Of a DNA stretch of 64,000 bases, positions 1-12,645 are shown piece by piece (the stretch's first letter is position 1; each line of letters opens with the position of its first letter). The notes below the pieces were generated by a model that had not been told where the DNA came from, made no database searches, and saw only the letters and a list, made by a program, of their open reading frames with translations. The stretch covers positions 320,001 to 384,000 of the forward strand of contig CAVTHK010000013.1 of the NCBI GenBank assembly GCA_963734495.1, in the 5' to 3' direction. The DNA is from an uncultured Spirochaetota bacterium (lineage in GTDB: Bacteria > Spirochaetota > Spirochaetia > SZUA-6 > CAVTHK01). A program made the translations under genes and the position numbers.

Positions 1-136
1 CCTCCTCGCGCGCCGGATCCGAAGCCGCCAGCTCGCGCGCGAACGCGGCCTGCGCCGCGAATCGCGTCCTCTCGTATCCGACGAGGGCGAGCGTCTTTTG
101 AAAACCCCGCTCCGGCCCCTGCTGCCCGTTCGCCAT
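1..136 (-). CDS. 5' end of an unidentified gene running off the window edge (MANGQQGPERGFQKTLALVGYERTRFAAQAAFAREL...)
   Basis: ATG at 136 preceded by a G-rich SD-like GGGGGA; frame open to the window edge. Confidence 0.45.
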   Translation of the reverse strand, partial: MANGQQGPERGFQKTLALVGYERTRFAAQAAFARELAASDPAREE

Positions 137-280
137 GCGATCCCCCCAACTGCCGGCCCGCGCCGGCCCCTGCGCTACTGCTAAGGCGTTTTGCCCGAAG
201 CGTCAACCCGGGCGAACCGCGGCCGGCAGCGCGCGGCTGCAGCCGTTGACGCAGCCGTTTCATTTGGCGACCTTCGAACT

Positions 281-1409
281 ATGACCGACACGCACCATCA
301 CGAGGCGCAGCACGCGCACGGCAGCCACCACCACGGAGTCGCCGCTGCGCCGATCGCGTGCCCCCATGCCCTCGGCCTCGCGATCCCGCTGGTCGTGGCG
401 GTGTCCACGGCGCTTTCCGCGCGCAACGGCCTGCTCGTGCGCAACCGCGCCGCCTTCGAAAAGGCCCGCGGCATCGGCGCGGTCATCTTCGACAAGACGG
501 GAACGCTCACGCGGGGCGAGCTCGGCGTCACCGAAACGATCGTCCTGGATCCGCGCTACGACGGAGAGCAGATCCTCGAGTACGCGGCGTCGGTCGAGGC
601 GAGCTCGGAGCACCCGATCGCCCGCGGCATCGTGAGGGCCGCGGCGCGGACTCAAGCTGTGGACCGGTTCCGCGCGATCCCCGGCAAGGGGGCGGAGGGA
701 ATCGTCGCCGGCAGGAAGGTGATGGTGGCGAGCCCCGCGTGGCTCAAAGAGCTCGGCCACGACAGCGACGACCCGAGGGTCCGCGCGCTCGCCGACCAGG
801 GCATGACCGTGGTCTTTGTCGTGATCGACGGCTCGCCCGCGGGCGCCGTGGCCCTTGCGGACACCGTGCGCGAGGAGGACGTCGAGGCGGTCGCGAGGCT
901 GCGCGCCATGGGCATACGCACCATGATGCTCACGGGCGACAACCGGAAGGTCGCGTCGTGGGTGGGCAGCCGGATCGGGATCGACGAAGTGTTCGCCGAG
1001 GTTCTGCCCCACGAAAAGGCCCTCAAGGTCAAGGAAGTCCAGGCACGCGGGCTCGTGGTGGCCATGACGGGCGACGGCGTCAACGACGCGCCCGCGCTCG
1101 CCCAGGCGGACGTCGGCATCGCCATCGGCGCGGGAACCGACGTCGCCGTCGAGACCGCGGACATCGTGCTGGTCCGATCGAGCCCGCTGGACGCGGTGGC
1201 CGTCATCGGGCTGGCTCGCGCAACGTACCGGAAGATGGTGCAGAACCTCGCGTGGGCCACGGGCTACAATCTCAGTCACTCTCCCGCTCGCCGCGGGCGT
1301 GCTGTCCGGCGCCGGCATCGTGCTTTCGCCGGCGATGGGCGCGGTCTTCATGTCGCTGAGCACGGTGATCGTGGCCATCAACGCCCGGCTGCTGCGCGTC
1401 CGCCGCTGA
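281..1409 (+). pseudogene. copB: P1B-type (CopB-like) heavy-metal ATPase, internally deleted, with a frameshift near 1270-1290
   Basis: His-rich N-terminus (MTDTHHHEAQHAHGSHHH), [45 protein letters not shown] and, in a shifted frame, [12 protein letters not shown]; the N-terminal TM helices and actuator (TGES) domain are absent. Confidence 0.8.
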
Positions 1410-1447
1410 GGCGGCGCCCGCGCGCAGGCGCGGGCGCGCCCGCGGCC

Positions 1448-2533
1448 CTACTTGGCCGAGAGGTACCCTTCAGCCTTCAAGAGCTCGGCGGTGAGGACGC
1501 CGCCGCCCGCCGCGCCGCGGATCGTGTTGTGCGACAGGCAGACGAAGCGCCAGTCGACGAGGCGGTCTTCGCGGAGGCGCCCCAGCGTGATCCCCATGCC
1601 GCCGCCGTAGTCACGGTCGAGGCGGGTCTGGGGGCGGCTGTCTTCGTCGTAATACTTGAGGAAGGGTCTGGGCGCGCTCGGGAGGCCCAGCTTCTGCGGC
1701 TTTGCCTCGAACGAGGCCCAGAGCTCGAGGATGCGATCGCGCGAAGCCTTCTTGCGCAGCGCGAGGAACACGGCGGCGAGATGGCCGTCGGTGACCGGGA
1801 CGCGGATGCACTGGCTCGTGATCACCGGGCCGTCGGCGGGAACGATGCTGCCGTCGACGATGCGGCCCCAGATCTTCAGCGGCTCCTTCTCGCTCTTCTC
1901 CTCTTCGCCGCTGATGTACGGGATCACGTTGTCCATCATCTCGGGCCACTGCTTGAAGGTCTTGCCGGCGCCGGAGATCGCCTGGTAGGTGGCGACAAAG
2001 ACCTTTTCGGGTCCGAGCTCGCGCAGCGGCTCCAGGGCAGGCACGTAGCTCTGGATCGAGCAGTTGGGCTTGACCGCGATGAACCCGTTGCGCACGCCGA
2101 GGCGCTTGCGCTGCGTGGGGATGATCGCGGCATGATCCGCGTTGATCTCGGGGATCATCATGGGCACGTCGGGCGTCCAGCGGTGCGCGGAGTTGCTGGA
2201 GATCACGGGAGTCTCGGAGCGCGCGTAGCGCTCCTCGAGCGCGCGCGTCTCGTCCTTGGGCATGTCGACGGCGCAGAAGACGAAGTCCACGGCCGACGCG
2301 ATCTTCTCGACGTCCGACGCCTTCGCGACCGTGAGCGCGGCCACGCGGGGCGGGATCGGGCCGGGCAGCGTCCAGCGGCTTTCGACCGCCTCCTTGTAGG
2401 CCTTGCCCGCCGACCGCTCGCTCGCGGAGACCGACACGATCTCGAACCACGGATGGTCCGCGAGGAGGCTGACGAAGCGCTGTCCCACCATCCCGGTGGC
2501 CCCGACGATCCCGACTCGAAGCTTGCTGCTCAT
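1448..2533 (-). CDS. asd: Aspartate-semialdehyde dehydrogenase
   Basis: GIVGATGMVGQRF, SASERSAGK, PNCS catalytic Cys, QAISGAG, SHNTIRGAAGG; SD GGAGG. Confidence 0.96.
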   Translation of the reverse strand: MSSKLRVGIVGATGMVGQRFVSLLADHPWFEIVSVSASERSAGKAYKEAVESRWTLPGPIPPRVAALTVAKASDVEKIASAVDFVFCAVDMPKDETRALEERYARSETPVISSNSAHRWTPDVPMMIPEINADHAAIIPTQRKRLGVRNGFIAVKPNCSIQSYVPALEPLRELGPEKVFVATYQAISGAGKTFKQWPEMMDNVIPYISGEEEKSEKEPLKIWGRIVDGSIVPADGPVITSQCIRVPVTDGHLAAVFLALRKKASRDRILELWASFEAKPQKLGLPSAPRPFLKYYDEDSRPQTRLDRDYGGGMGITLGRLREDRLVDWRFVCLSHNTIRGAAGGGVLTAELLKAEGYLSAK

Positions 2534-2663
2534 ACCTCCGCCTCGAACGACTCACCGTTCATTTCGCAAGAGAACATGGTACAAAGGCAGCGGGCGGGTC
2601 AAGGGCCAGGCGCGGGCCGCGCGCCGTGGGAGAATCCCGCGCCTCGCCGCCGGCCCCGCCGCC

Positions 2664-2672
2664 TGCTAAAAT
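2664..2672 (+). promoter_or_regulatory. Extended -10 promoter (TG-C-TAAAAT), leaderless geometry
   Basis: Ends 6 nt before ATG 2679; no SD. Confidence 0.65.
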
Positions 2673-2678
2673 GTCGGC

Positions 2679-3629
2679 ATGAGCGACCCGATCACCTCGC
2701 GCATCCTCCGCGAAGCCGGGAGCCCCGAGCTGCTCGCCACTCTCGCCGAGCGCCTGGCGCCGACCGACCTGAAGTCGCTGCTGCTGCGGGTGTACAGGCT
2801 CCGCGCAGCCCGCATGAGCCCGCGGGAGGTGCTGCAGGCGTACGCGCTGCAGAAGCTGCCGCGGCCGTCGGGGGTCGACGCGCGGCTGCTCGCGGAGCTC
2901 CGTCGACTCGCCTACACCGTGCTGCCGGAGGGGTTCGAAGCGCTCGAGCTCTCGCCCGTGGCGCCGCTCGGCGTCGTGTCGGTCCTCACGAACCTCGACC
3001 AGAATCAGGCGCTCGCGACCGTCGGCGCCTGCGAGGTGTGCTCGGACCCGACCAATGTGCTGGCGCTCGAGTGCGCGCTGCGGCGCAGCAACGCCGGGCG
3101 TCAGAAGGGGGGAAGCGCGCCGGCGGTGAGCCTCGCGACGACGCTCCGCTGCCTGCGTCCCCAGACCGAACCGGCGCCCGGCGTGGTGCCCCACTTCGAG
3201 CTGCTCGCCCTGTGCAGCGCGGGCAGCGATCCCGGAAACCACGCCTTCGAGTCCGGCGCGTTCCTCACTCACATCCGCACCTACATCGCGTTCCTCGAGG
3301 CGACGCGACCGCTCGGGCTGCGATGCGCGAAGCTGCGGGTCGCGCTCACGGCCTTTTCCGAGGCCGCGGCACCATGGCTGCGCGCCGGCGTCGAGCGGCC
3401 GCTGCGGCAAGAGGGGCATGCGGTCGACGCCGAGCCGGAACGCGGGCAGGGGCGCAACTACTACGGCGAGGCGGCGTTCCACGTCTACGGCACCAGCGCC
3501 GACGGCAAGGAGCACCAGCTCGCCGACGGCGGCCTGGTGGGCTGGACGCAGGTCCTGCTCGGCAACCGGAAGGAGAGGCTGCTCATCAGCGGCCTGGGTC
3601 TCGAGCGCCTGGGCAGCCTCTTTTCCTGA
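2679..3629 (+). CDS. Hypothetical protein resembling a class II aminoacyl-tRNA synthetase catalytic domain
   Basis: Motif-1-like EGFEALELSPV, motif-2-like RCLRPQ...PHFELL, motif-3-like SGLGLERL at the C-terminus; 316 aa with no anticodon-binding domain. Confidence 0.6.
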   Translation: MSDPITSRILREAGSPELLATLAERLAPTDLKSLLLRVYRLRAARMSPREVLQAYALQKLPRPSGVDARLLAELRRLAYTVLPEGFEALELSPVAPLGVVSVLTNLDQNQALATVGACEVCSDPTNVLALECALRRSNAGRQKGGSAPAVSLATTLRCLRPQTEPAPGVVPHFELLALCSAGSDPGNHAFESGAFLTHIRTYIAFLEATRPLGLRCAKLRVALTAFSEAAAPWLRAGVERPLRQEGHAVDAEPERGQGRNYYGEAAFHVYGTSADGKEHQLADGGLVGWTQVLLGNRKERLLISGLGLERLGSLFS

Positions 3630-3652
3630 CGCCGCGGCGGACCGCGCCCGGC

Positions 3653-5137
3653 CTATCCCTTCGCCCCGACCGCGACGCGCGAGCCGATGTCCGCGAAAGC
3701 CCGGTCGATCAGCGCAGCGGCGGGCGGTGCGGTCACGGCGCTGACCAGGGGAACGACCGCGAACGGCACGATCATCGCGATCGAGGCCGCGATGGGCGAG
3801 TTGGCGGGGCCGAGCACGAAGAAAAGCGCCACTCCGAGCGCCGCGCCCGTCGTCATCCCCGCGGCGACGCCGGCCGTGGTCGCCCGCTTCCAGTACAGCC
3901 CGTACAGGAAGGGCGCCATGAACGCGCCGGCAACCACGCCCCAGGACAGGGACATCAGGGTCACGATCACTTCGATCTCGTAGCGGGCGATCGCGAAAGA
4001 GAACAGGACGAAGAACCCGCTCAAGATGCGCATGAGCGCCAGGGGCTTGCCGCTCGAGTCCTTCGGCGAGAGCCGCGCCTTGTACAGGTCGATGGCGATC
4101 GCCGAGGCGGACACCAGCACGAGCGAAGAGAGCGTCGACATCGACGCGGACAGGACCAGAAGCAGGATCACGGCGAGCAGCGGGTCCGGGAGCTGCTGCT
4201 TGAGCATCGCCGGGATGAGCCGGTCGAAATCGACCTTGCCTCCGACGACCGGGGGAGCGTCGAAGAACACGTGCGAGAGCACTCCCGTGAAGTAGGCGGC
4301 GAACACGATGATGGCCGCGAACGCCGTCGTCACCCACGTGGCAGTGCGGATGACGCGCACGTCCTTGATGGCGTAGAACTTCTGCACCATCTGGGGCAGC
4401 CCCCAGGTGCCGAACGACGTCATGAACACGAGGCCGGCCAGCAGCACCAGGCTCGGCTGCTTTGCGGGCGGGACGTGCTGCGCGTACCGCGTCGCGGCGA
4501 GATTGAGCGCTTCGCCGAGCCCCCCGGCCTTGCCCACCAGGACCGCGACCATGAGGATCGAGCCCACGATCATGATAAGCCCCTGCACGAAGTCCGTGGC
4601 CGCGATCGCGAAGTAGCCGCCGAGCACCAGGTAGATGCCGGTGATCACGATCATGATCAGGAGCGCCAGGTCGTACGAGATGCCGAACACCGCTTCGAAG
4701 AGGTGGCCAAGCCCTTTGAAGATCGAGGCCGAGTAGGGCAGCAGGAACACGAAGATGATGAGCGCCGCCGCGGTCTTGAGGTACCCGGCGTCGAAGCGCT
4801 CCGCGAGGAACTCGGGCATCGTCATCGCGCCGAGGCTCTGCGTCATGCTGCGCGTGCGCCTGCCGAGGACCATCCAGGCCGCCATCGACCCGAACACCGT
4901 GTTGCCGAGCGAGATCAGCAGCACGCGGGGCCCGAAACCCCACCCCAGCTTTCCGGCGAACCCGATAAAGACCACGGCCGAAAAGTAGGTCGTGCCGTAC
5001 GCGATGGCCGACATCCAGGGCCCGACTTTGCGGCCGCCCAGAAAAAAGTCGCCGAGAGTACGGGTGCGCGACATCCCCCACAGGCCGATGCCCACCATGG
5101 CTGCGACGAACACGGAGGTCAATACGATGGCAAACAT
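3653..5137 (-). CDS. Sodium:solute symporter (SSS family)
   Basis: DFFLGGRKVGPW, TMPEFLAERF, TDFVQG, WGLPQMVQKFY, SASMSTLSS; many hydrophobic helices. Confidence 0.92.
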   Translation of the reverse strand: MFAIVLTSVFVAAMVGIGLWGMSRTRTLGDFFLGGRKVGPWMSAIAYGTTYFSAVVFIGFAGKLGWGFGPRVLLISLGNTVFGSMAAWMVLGRRTRSMTQSLGAMTMPEFLAERFDAGYLKTAAALIIFVFLLPYSASIFKGLGHLFEAVFGISYDLALLIMIVITGIYLVLGGYFAIAATDFVQGLIMIVGSILMVAVLVGKAGGLGEALNLAATRYAQHVPPAKQPSLVLLAGLVFMTSFGTWGLPQMVQKFYAIKDVRVIRTATWVTTAFAAIIVFAAYFTGVLSHVFFDAPPVVGGKVDFDRLIPAMLKQQLPDPLLAVILLLVLSASMSTLSSLVLVSASAIAIDLYKARLSPKDSSGKPLALMRILSGFFVLFSFAIARYEIEVIVTLMSLSWGVVAGAFMAPFLYGLYWKRATTAGVAAGMTTGAALGVALFFVLGPANSPIAASIAMIVPFAVVPLVSAVTAPPAAALIDRAFADIGSRVAVGAKG

Positions 5138-5276
5138 GGCGCCAAGGAGATCACGACTCGCGGGCCAAGATCAAGAGACAAGAGCGAAATTGAAGGGACG
5201 CGTTCGGTTGTCCTCGACGCGGGCCCGAAAACTCAAGCGAATCGCTCAGATTTCAGAAGCCGCGCGGCAGCCGCGC

Positions 5277-6779
5277 TCAGACGCGCGCCCCATCCAGCAT
5301 GAGGCGCACGCGTCCGGCGACTCTGGCCGCGATGCGCCGGCACGCGGCGATGCCGCCGCCGCTGAGGTATGCCTCGACGCCGGCGGGCGAGGAGAAATCC
5401 GCGTGCGTGATCGCCCGGCACTGGGTGCTGCCGAGCTCCGTGGCGAACCAGGACGCCAGCTCCCCGCCGCGGTTCATCGGCACGTTGAACTTGTTGACGC
5501 CGTCGTCAAAGGCGGGGCCGCCCGTCCACATGAGGGCGACCATGTGCAGGACGCGCAACGGGTTGCCTTCGATTTCCCCGATGCGCAGGCCCAGGGCCAT
5601 GACTCCCGCGGTGAGCGCGCTGCAGGTCATGCCTGTGAACAGCGTCCCGCCCAGGAACGCGCTGGCCGCGTCGAGGAGCTGCGGACCCGCCGGGAGCCCG
5701 TCGACCTGCCGCAGCACGTCCTGCGCGCAGTGAAACCCGCAGCCTGCGAGCTCGGCGTACAGCCGGCGGTACGCCGCACGCGTCTCGCCGGTGATGGCGG
5801 CGCGGTCATCGCCGGACAGGACGCCGCGGATAAGCCCCGCGGAATGAGCGACCGTCCGGACGCACGGCAGCACGCGAGGCGGCGTCCCGCGGATCTCGCG
5901 GCAAAGCAGCGTCCCGCGGCAGCGCCGGAATCGCGCCATGTGATCGTGGCCGAGGTCGAAAACGAGCGGGAGTCCCTCATCGATCTCGCGGAGGCCGTGG
6001 CGCAGGCCCAGCAGCATCAGCGGCGACGTGATCCCGCCGCATTCGCCCCCGGTGTTGCCTATGCCTCCCGGCAGGCCGGCCGCCAGCCTGACGGCCCACT
6101 CCTCGTTCCGGAGGGTGCTCATCACGGTCGGGGCGCAGTGCCCCATATGGAGCAGCCTCCAGAACGCCTTGGCGCCGTAGAGTCCCCTGCGGACGGCGAG
6201 GGGCAGCGTCAGGTAGCGCGCGACGCGGTCGCGATAGCGCTCGTAGTCCGGGCCAAACGTGTGAAGCAGCCACCGCTCCTCGGCGAGGATGATCCTGTGA
6301 TGGACCGCCGCGACGAACGCGCCCGCGGCAAGCATCGCGGGATTGCGCGTGTAGAGGATCGCGGCGAGGATGGTGGCATCGATTCCAGCGTACATCGGGT
6401 TCCGCGAGAAACGATAGACGCCGTTGCAGTGCAGGCGCGTCGCTTCGCTCGGAAGGCCGAACCTGAGATGAGCGCCCAGGCACGTGTGGCCGAGGAACAG
6501 CAGAGCGAACCCGCAGACCCATAGGCCGCCGGACAGCCAGAGCGGCGCGGGCGCGAGCGCGAGCGGCTGCCATCCCAGCCCCCAGCTCTGCAGCGACGCC
6601 GCAGCCCAGATCCCGATCGCCAGGTACTTGGACGCGAGGAACGGCAGCGTGTGGATCGGCGGGCGCCCGCCGATCGCGATCCGACGGCGCGCGAGCGCGG
6701 CTTCACTCGCCAGCAGGTGGGCGAGGAACGCGAGGGGCAAAGCCGTCGCGATCACTTTTTCCATGCCGGTCACCTTCAC
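5277..6779 (-). CDS. Fusion: ICMT/PEMT-like membrane methyltransferase plus two C-GCAxxG-C-C putative redox domains
   Basis: GVYRFSRNPMYAG...EERWL..FGPDYERYR; then HCAPTV...GGECGGIT...LLCREI...CV and HCAQDV...MTCSALTAG...TQCRAI...AC. Confidence 0.75.
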   Translation of the reverse strand: MKVTGMEKVIATALPLAFLAHLLASEAALARRRIAIGGRPPIHTLPFLASKYLAIGIWAAASLQSWGLGWQPLALAPAPLWLSGGLWVCGFALLFLGHTCLGAHLRFGLPSEATRLHCNGVYRFSRNPMYAGIDATILAAILYTRNPAMLAAGAFVAAVHHRIILAEERWLLHTFGPDYERYRDRVARYLTLPLAVRRGLYGAKAFWRLLHMGHCAPTVMSTLRNEEWAVRLAAGLPGGIGNTGGECGGITSPLMLLGLRHGLREIDEGLPLVFDLGHDHMARFRRCRGTLLCREIRGTPPRVLPCVRTVAHSAGLIRGVLSGDDRAAITGETRAAYRRLYAELAGCGFHCAQDVLRQVDGLPAGPQLLDAASAFLGGTLFTGMTCSALTAGVMALGLRIGEIEGNPLRVLHMVALMWTGGPAFDDGVNKFNVPMNRGGELASWFATELGSTQCRAITHADFSSPAGVEAYLSGGGIAACRRIAARVAGRVRLMLDGARV

Positions 6780-6962
6780 CTTTGATTCTAAGCGCCGGCG
6801 GGCTGTAACGGGGGCGCTTTTTTGTGAACGGGTCGAGGCGGGGTCAGCGCTGGACGTAGCTCACCGCGGCCTCGACAGCCCTTGACGCCCTCTCGCGACG
6901 TCGGCGACACTCGCGCTCGTGGCTGCCGCGCGGGAGCGGCCGCTTGCTCCGAGGAGGTCCGT

Positions 6963-8211
6963 GTGAAGCCTGTGACGCTGATCGTGGCGGGCGCCGGAAA
7001 CCGCGGCACCGTCTACTCGCAATACGCCCTCGAGCACCCCGACAAGGCCAAGGTCGTCGGCGTCGCGGAGCCGCGGGACTTCTACCGCGAGCGCATCGCG
7101 CGCGGCCACGCGGTGCCGGCAGCAAATGTCTTTGCGGACTGGCGCGAGATGGCGTCGCGCGAGCGGCTCGCCGACGCGGTGATCATCGCGACGCAGGACC
7201 GCATGCACCGCGAGTGCGTCGAAGCCTTCGCCGCGCGCGGCTACCACATCCTGCTGGAAAAGCCCATCGCCCCCGACGAGGCGGGCTGCCGCGCGATCCT
7301 CGCGGCCGCCAAGGCGGGCGGCGGCCTGTTCGCCGTCTGCCACGTGATGCGCTACACGGACTACACGCGCCGGCTCAAGGAGCTCCTCGACGCGCGGCGC
7401 GGTGGGCGACATCGTGAGCGTGCAGCTCCTCGAGCCCGTGGGCTTCTGGCACCAGGCCCACTCCTTCGTCCGCGGCAACTGGCGCAGCGAAGCGCAGAGC
7501 TCCTTCATGCTGCTCGCCAAGAGCTGCCACGACCTGGACTGGATCCGCTACATCGTCGGCCGGCGCTGCCTGCGGGTCAGCTCCTTCGGCTCGCTCAAGC
7601 ACTTCCGGCCGCGAGGAGGCGCCCGCGGGCGCCGGCGAGCGCTGCGTCGCCTGCGGCGTCGAGCCCTCCTGCCCCTACTCCGCGGTCAAGATCTACCTCG
7701 ACCGCGTGCGAGCCGGGCACACGGACCTGGCCCGTGAACGTGATCACGCCCGAGCCCACCGAGGCGAGCGTGCGCGAGGCGATCAGCACGGGCCCGTACG
7801 GCCGCTGCGTCTACGCCTGCGACAACGACGTCGTCGACAACCAGGTCGTGAACATGGAGTTCGAAGGCGGCCGGACGGCGACCTTCACCATGACCGCCTT
7901 TACGGAGAAGCGCGACCGCGCAGGTGCGCATCTTCGGCACCCGCGGCGAATGCAGCGGCGACGGCGAGGTGATCGACCTCTACGACTTCCTCACCGACAG
8001 CCATCGAAAGATCGACACGCGCGCGACCGACGCGGGCGCGCTCGCCGGCCACGGCGGCGGCGACTACGGCCTGGCGGCCGCGTTCGTCGAGGCCGTCGCC
8101 ACCGGCGACTGCGCGCGCATCCTCTCCGGCCCCGACGAGTCGCTCGAGAGCCACCTCATGGTGTTCGCCGCCGAGCGTTCCCGCCACGAGGAGAGAGTAG
8201 TTAAAGTCTGA
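6963..8211 (+). CDS. Gfo/Idh/MocA family oxidoreductase (about 3 frameshifts)
   Basis: GAGNRG, IIATQDRMH, LLEKP, AHSFVRGNWR, LLAKSCHDLD, GPYGRCVYACDNDVVDNQ, GHGGGD in successive frames; SD GAGGAGG. Confidence 0.88.
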
Positions 8212-8229
8212 AGGTACCCGCGCGGGCGA

Positions 8230-9320
8230 CTACTGGAGCTTGCCGCGGCCCTGGATGTCCCAGATCACCTCGACCCTGCCGTTGCGCACGCCGTACAGAC
8301 GGTCGTGCAGGAACACCGTCGAGTCGCCGTAGCTCACGACGAAGTCGAAGGCGTCGCCCGGCTTGATCTTCGTGTCCGGGCGCTCGAGCGTGAGCGTCCC
8401 GTGCTCGGCCGAAGGCTTGTACGGCGCGGTCTCGGGGAGCCCGGCCGAGGCGAACGGCGATCTCGCCCACGCGGGCAGCGCCTTGAAGCCCGCGTCGAAG
8501 ATGACGCGCGTCGGCGTCGGGCGGCTCGTCACCATCGTCCGCACGAAGAGCGAAGGCTTCGTGCCCGCCCCGTAGGCGAGGTACGTCGCGTCGCAGAAGA
8601 TCGCGCCGCCCGCCTGCACCTCGGTGAGCACGCCGAGCCGCGGGCTGAGAAGGTAGTCGCCGCTTCCGCCGCCGCTCACGATGCTCACGGGGAGCCCCGC
8701 CTCGCGGCAGAGGCGCGCGCTTTCGCCTAACAGGCCGACGGCCTTCTCGACGGCCGCCTTCTTCTCGGCGCTTCCTTGATGCCGACGGTGTGGCCTTCCC
8801 AGCCCATCACGCCGCGGTAGCGCAGCCCTTTCGTCTCGCACAGGATGCGCGAGAGCTCGAGCGCGGGCGCGCCGGGGGCGACCCCCGCGCGGCCCATGCC
8901 GATGTCCACCTCGACGACCACGCCGATCTCGCTCCCCGCGTCGCGTGCGGCGGCGCCGAGCTCGCGCGCGTTCTCCGCGCCGTCGACCGCGACCTTTACG
9001 TCCGCGCGCCGGGCGAGCTGCGCGAGGCGCGGCGCCTTGAGCGGCCCGACGACCTGGTTCGCGATCAGGATGTCGCGGATGCCGCCCGCGACCATCACCT
9101 CCGCCTCGGCGAGCTTGGCGCACGTGACGCCGATCGCGCCGGCGGCGATCGCCTTGCGCGCTATGTCCGGAACCTTGATCCCCTTGGTGTGCGGCCGCCA
9201 GCTCACGCCCGCCTCGCGGAAGTGCGAGGCGAGCGCCTGGATGTTCGCCTCGAGCTGGTCGAGGTCCGTCCAGAGGAAGGGGGTGTCCACCGCGTTCTTC
9301 GTGAGTCCGATCTCGCTCAT
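8230..9320 (-). CDS. PLP-dependent fold-III enzyme, D-threonine aldolase/D-serine dehydratase-like (frameshift near 8770)
   Basis: DTP, WRPHTKGIK (PLP Lys), CAKLAEAE, IANQVV, GMGRAG, MGWEGH, VSGGGSG, DAGFKA, SAEHG. Confidence 0.85.
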
Positions 9321-9337
9321 GTCGTTCCTTTCAGCCC

Positions 9338-12197
<2,860 letters not shown>

Positions 12198-12232
12198 TCG
12201 CACCTCCCTGCGCGTTCCCTCCGCGCCGGGGC

Positions 12233-12490
12233 CTACGCGGTCGGCTCCTGGCGCGCATCGGTGAAGAACCTGATCCCGGGGAGCGCTTCCGCTTTCGCTT
12301 TCGCCTCGCGGCTGGCGGCTCCCCGCACGACGTAGCGGCCCAGCCCCGGATTCACGAGGATGGGGCCGTACCCCTCGTCAAGCTCGACGCCGGTCTCGGC
12401 CAGGAGCTCCTTGGCGCCGGGCATGTCGAGCTTTCGAGCGGGGGACTCGATCTGGATGAGAAATCGCATCGCGTGACGACGGCCACTCAT
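12233..12490 (-). CDS. Small protein (78-85 aa) similar to the propeptide of the downstream subtilase (I9-inhibitor-like)
   Basis: GVELDEGYGPILV...YVVRG...FFTDARQ aligns by eye with the protease prodomain GLEFDEGFHPVRV...YAVRA...VFADPRI. Confidence 0.7.
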   Translation of the reverse strand: MSGRRHAMRFLIQIESPARKLDMPGAKELLAETGVELDEGYGPILVNPGLGRYVVRGAASREAKAKAEALPGIRFFTDARQEPTA

Positions 12491-12557
12491 GTGACAAAGT
12501 GCCGGGCCGCGGGGCCGGCTCCCTTCAAAGTCTAGGCGGCTGCGGCTCGGAATTCAA

Positions 12558-12609
12558 CCCGGCGAGTACGCCGGGCAGGTGCCCGGCGAGTACGCCGGGC
12601 AGGTGCCCG
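12558..12609. repeat. Tandem 24-bp repeat x2 (CCCGGCGAGTACGCCGGGCAGGTG), each unit a hairpin; REP-like
   Basis: Exact copies at 12558-12581 and 12582-12605; stem CCCGGCG/CGCCGGG with loop AGTA. Confidence 0.9.
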
Positions 12610-12645
12610 CACCCGCCGGTGCGGCCGCGCCGCCGTCGCTCCCCA

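Noticed and set aside
191-5302. 1703-aa ORF and other very long Arg/Ala/Pro-rich ORFs (e.g. 43938-47444, 39960-42467)
   Set aside because: Shadow frames of GC-rich DNA overlapping well-supported genes; only short parts are real coding sequence joined by frameshifts
12558-12609. Possible CRISPR array
   Set aside because: Only two abutting units, no spacers and no cas genes
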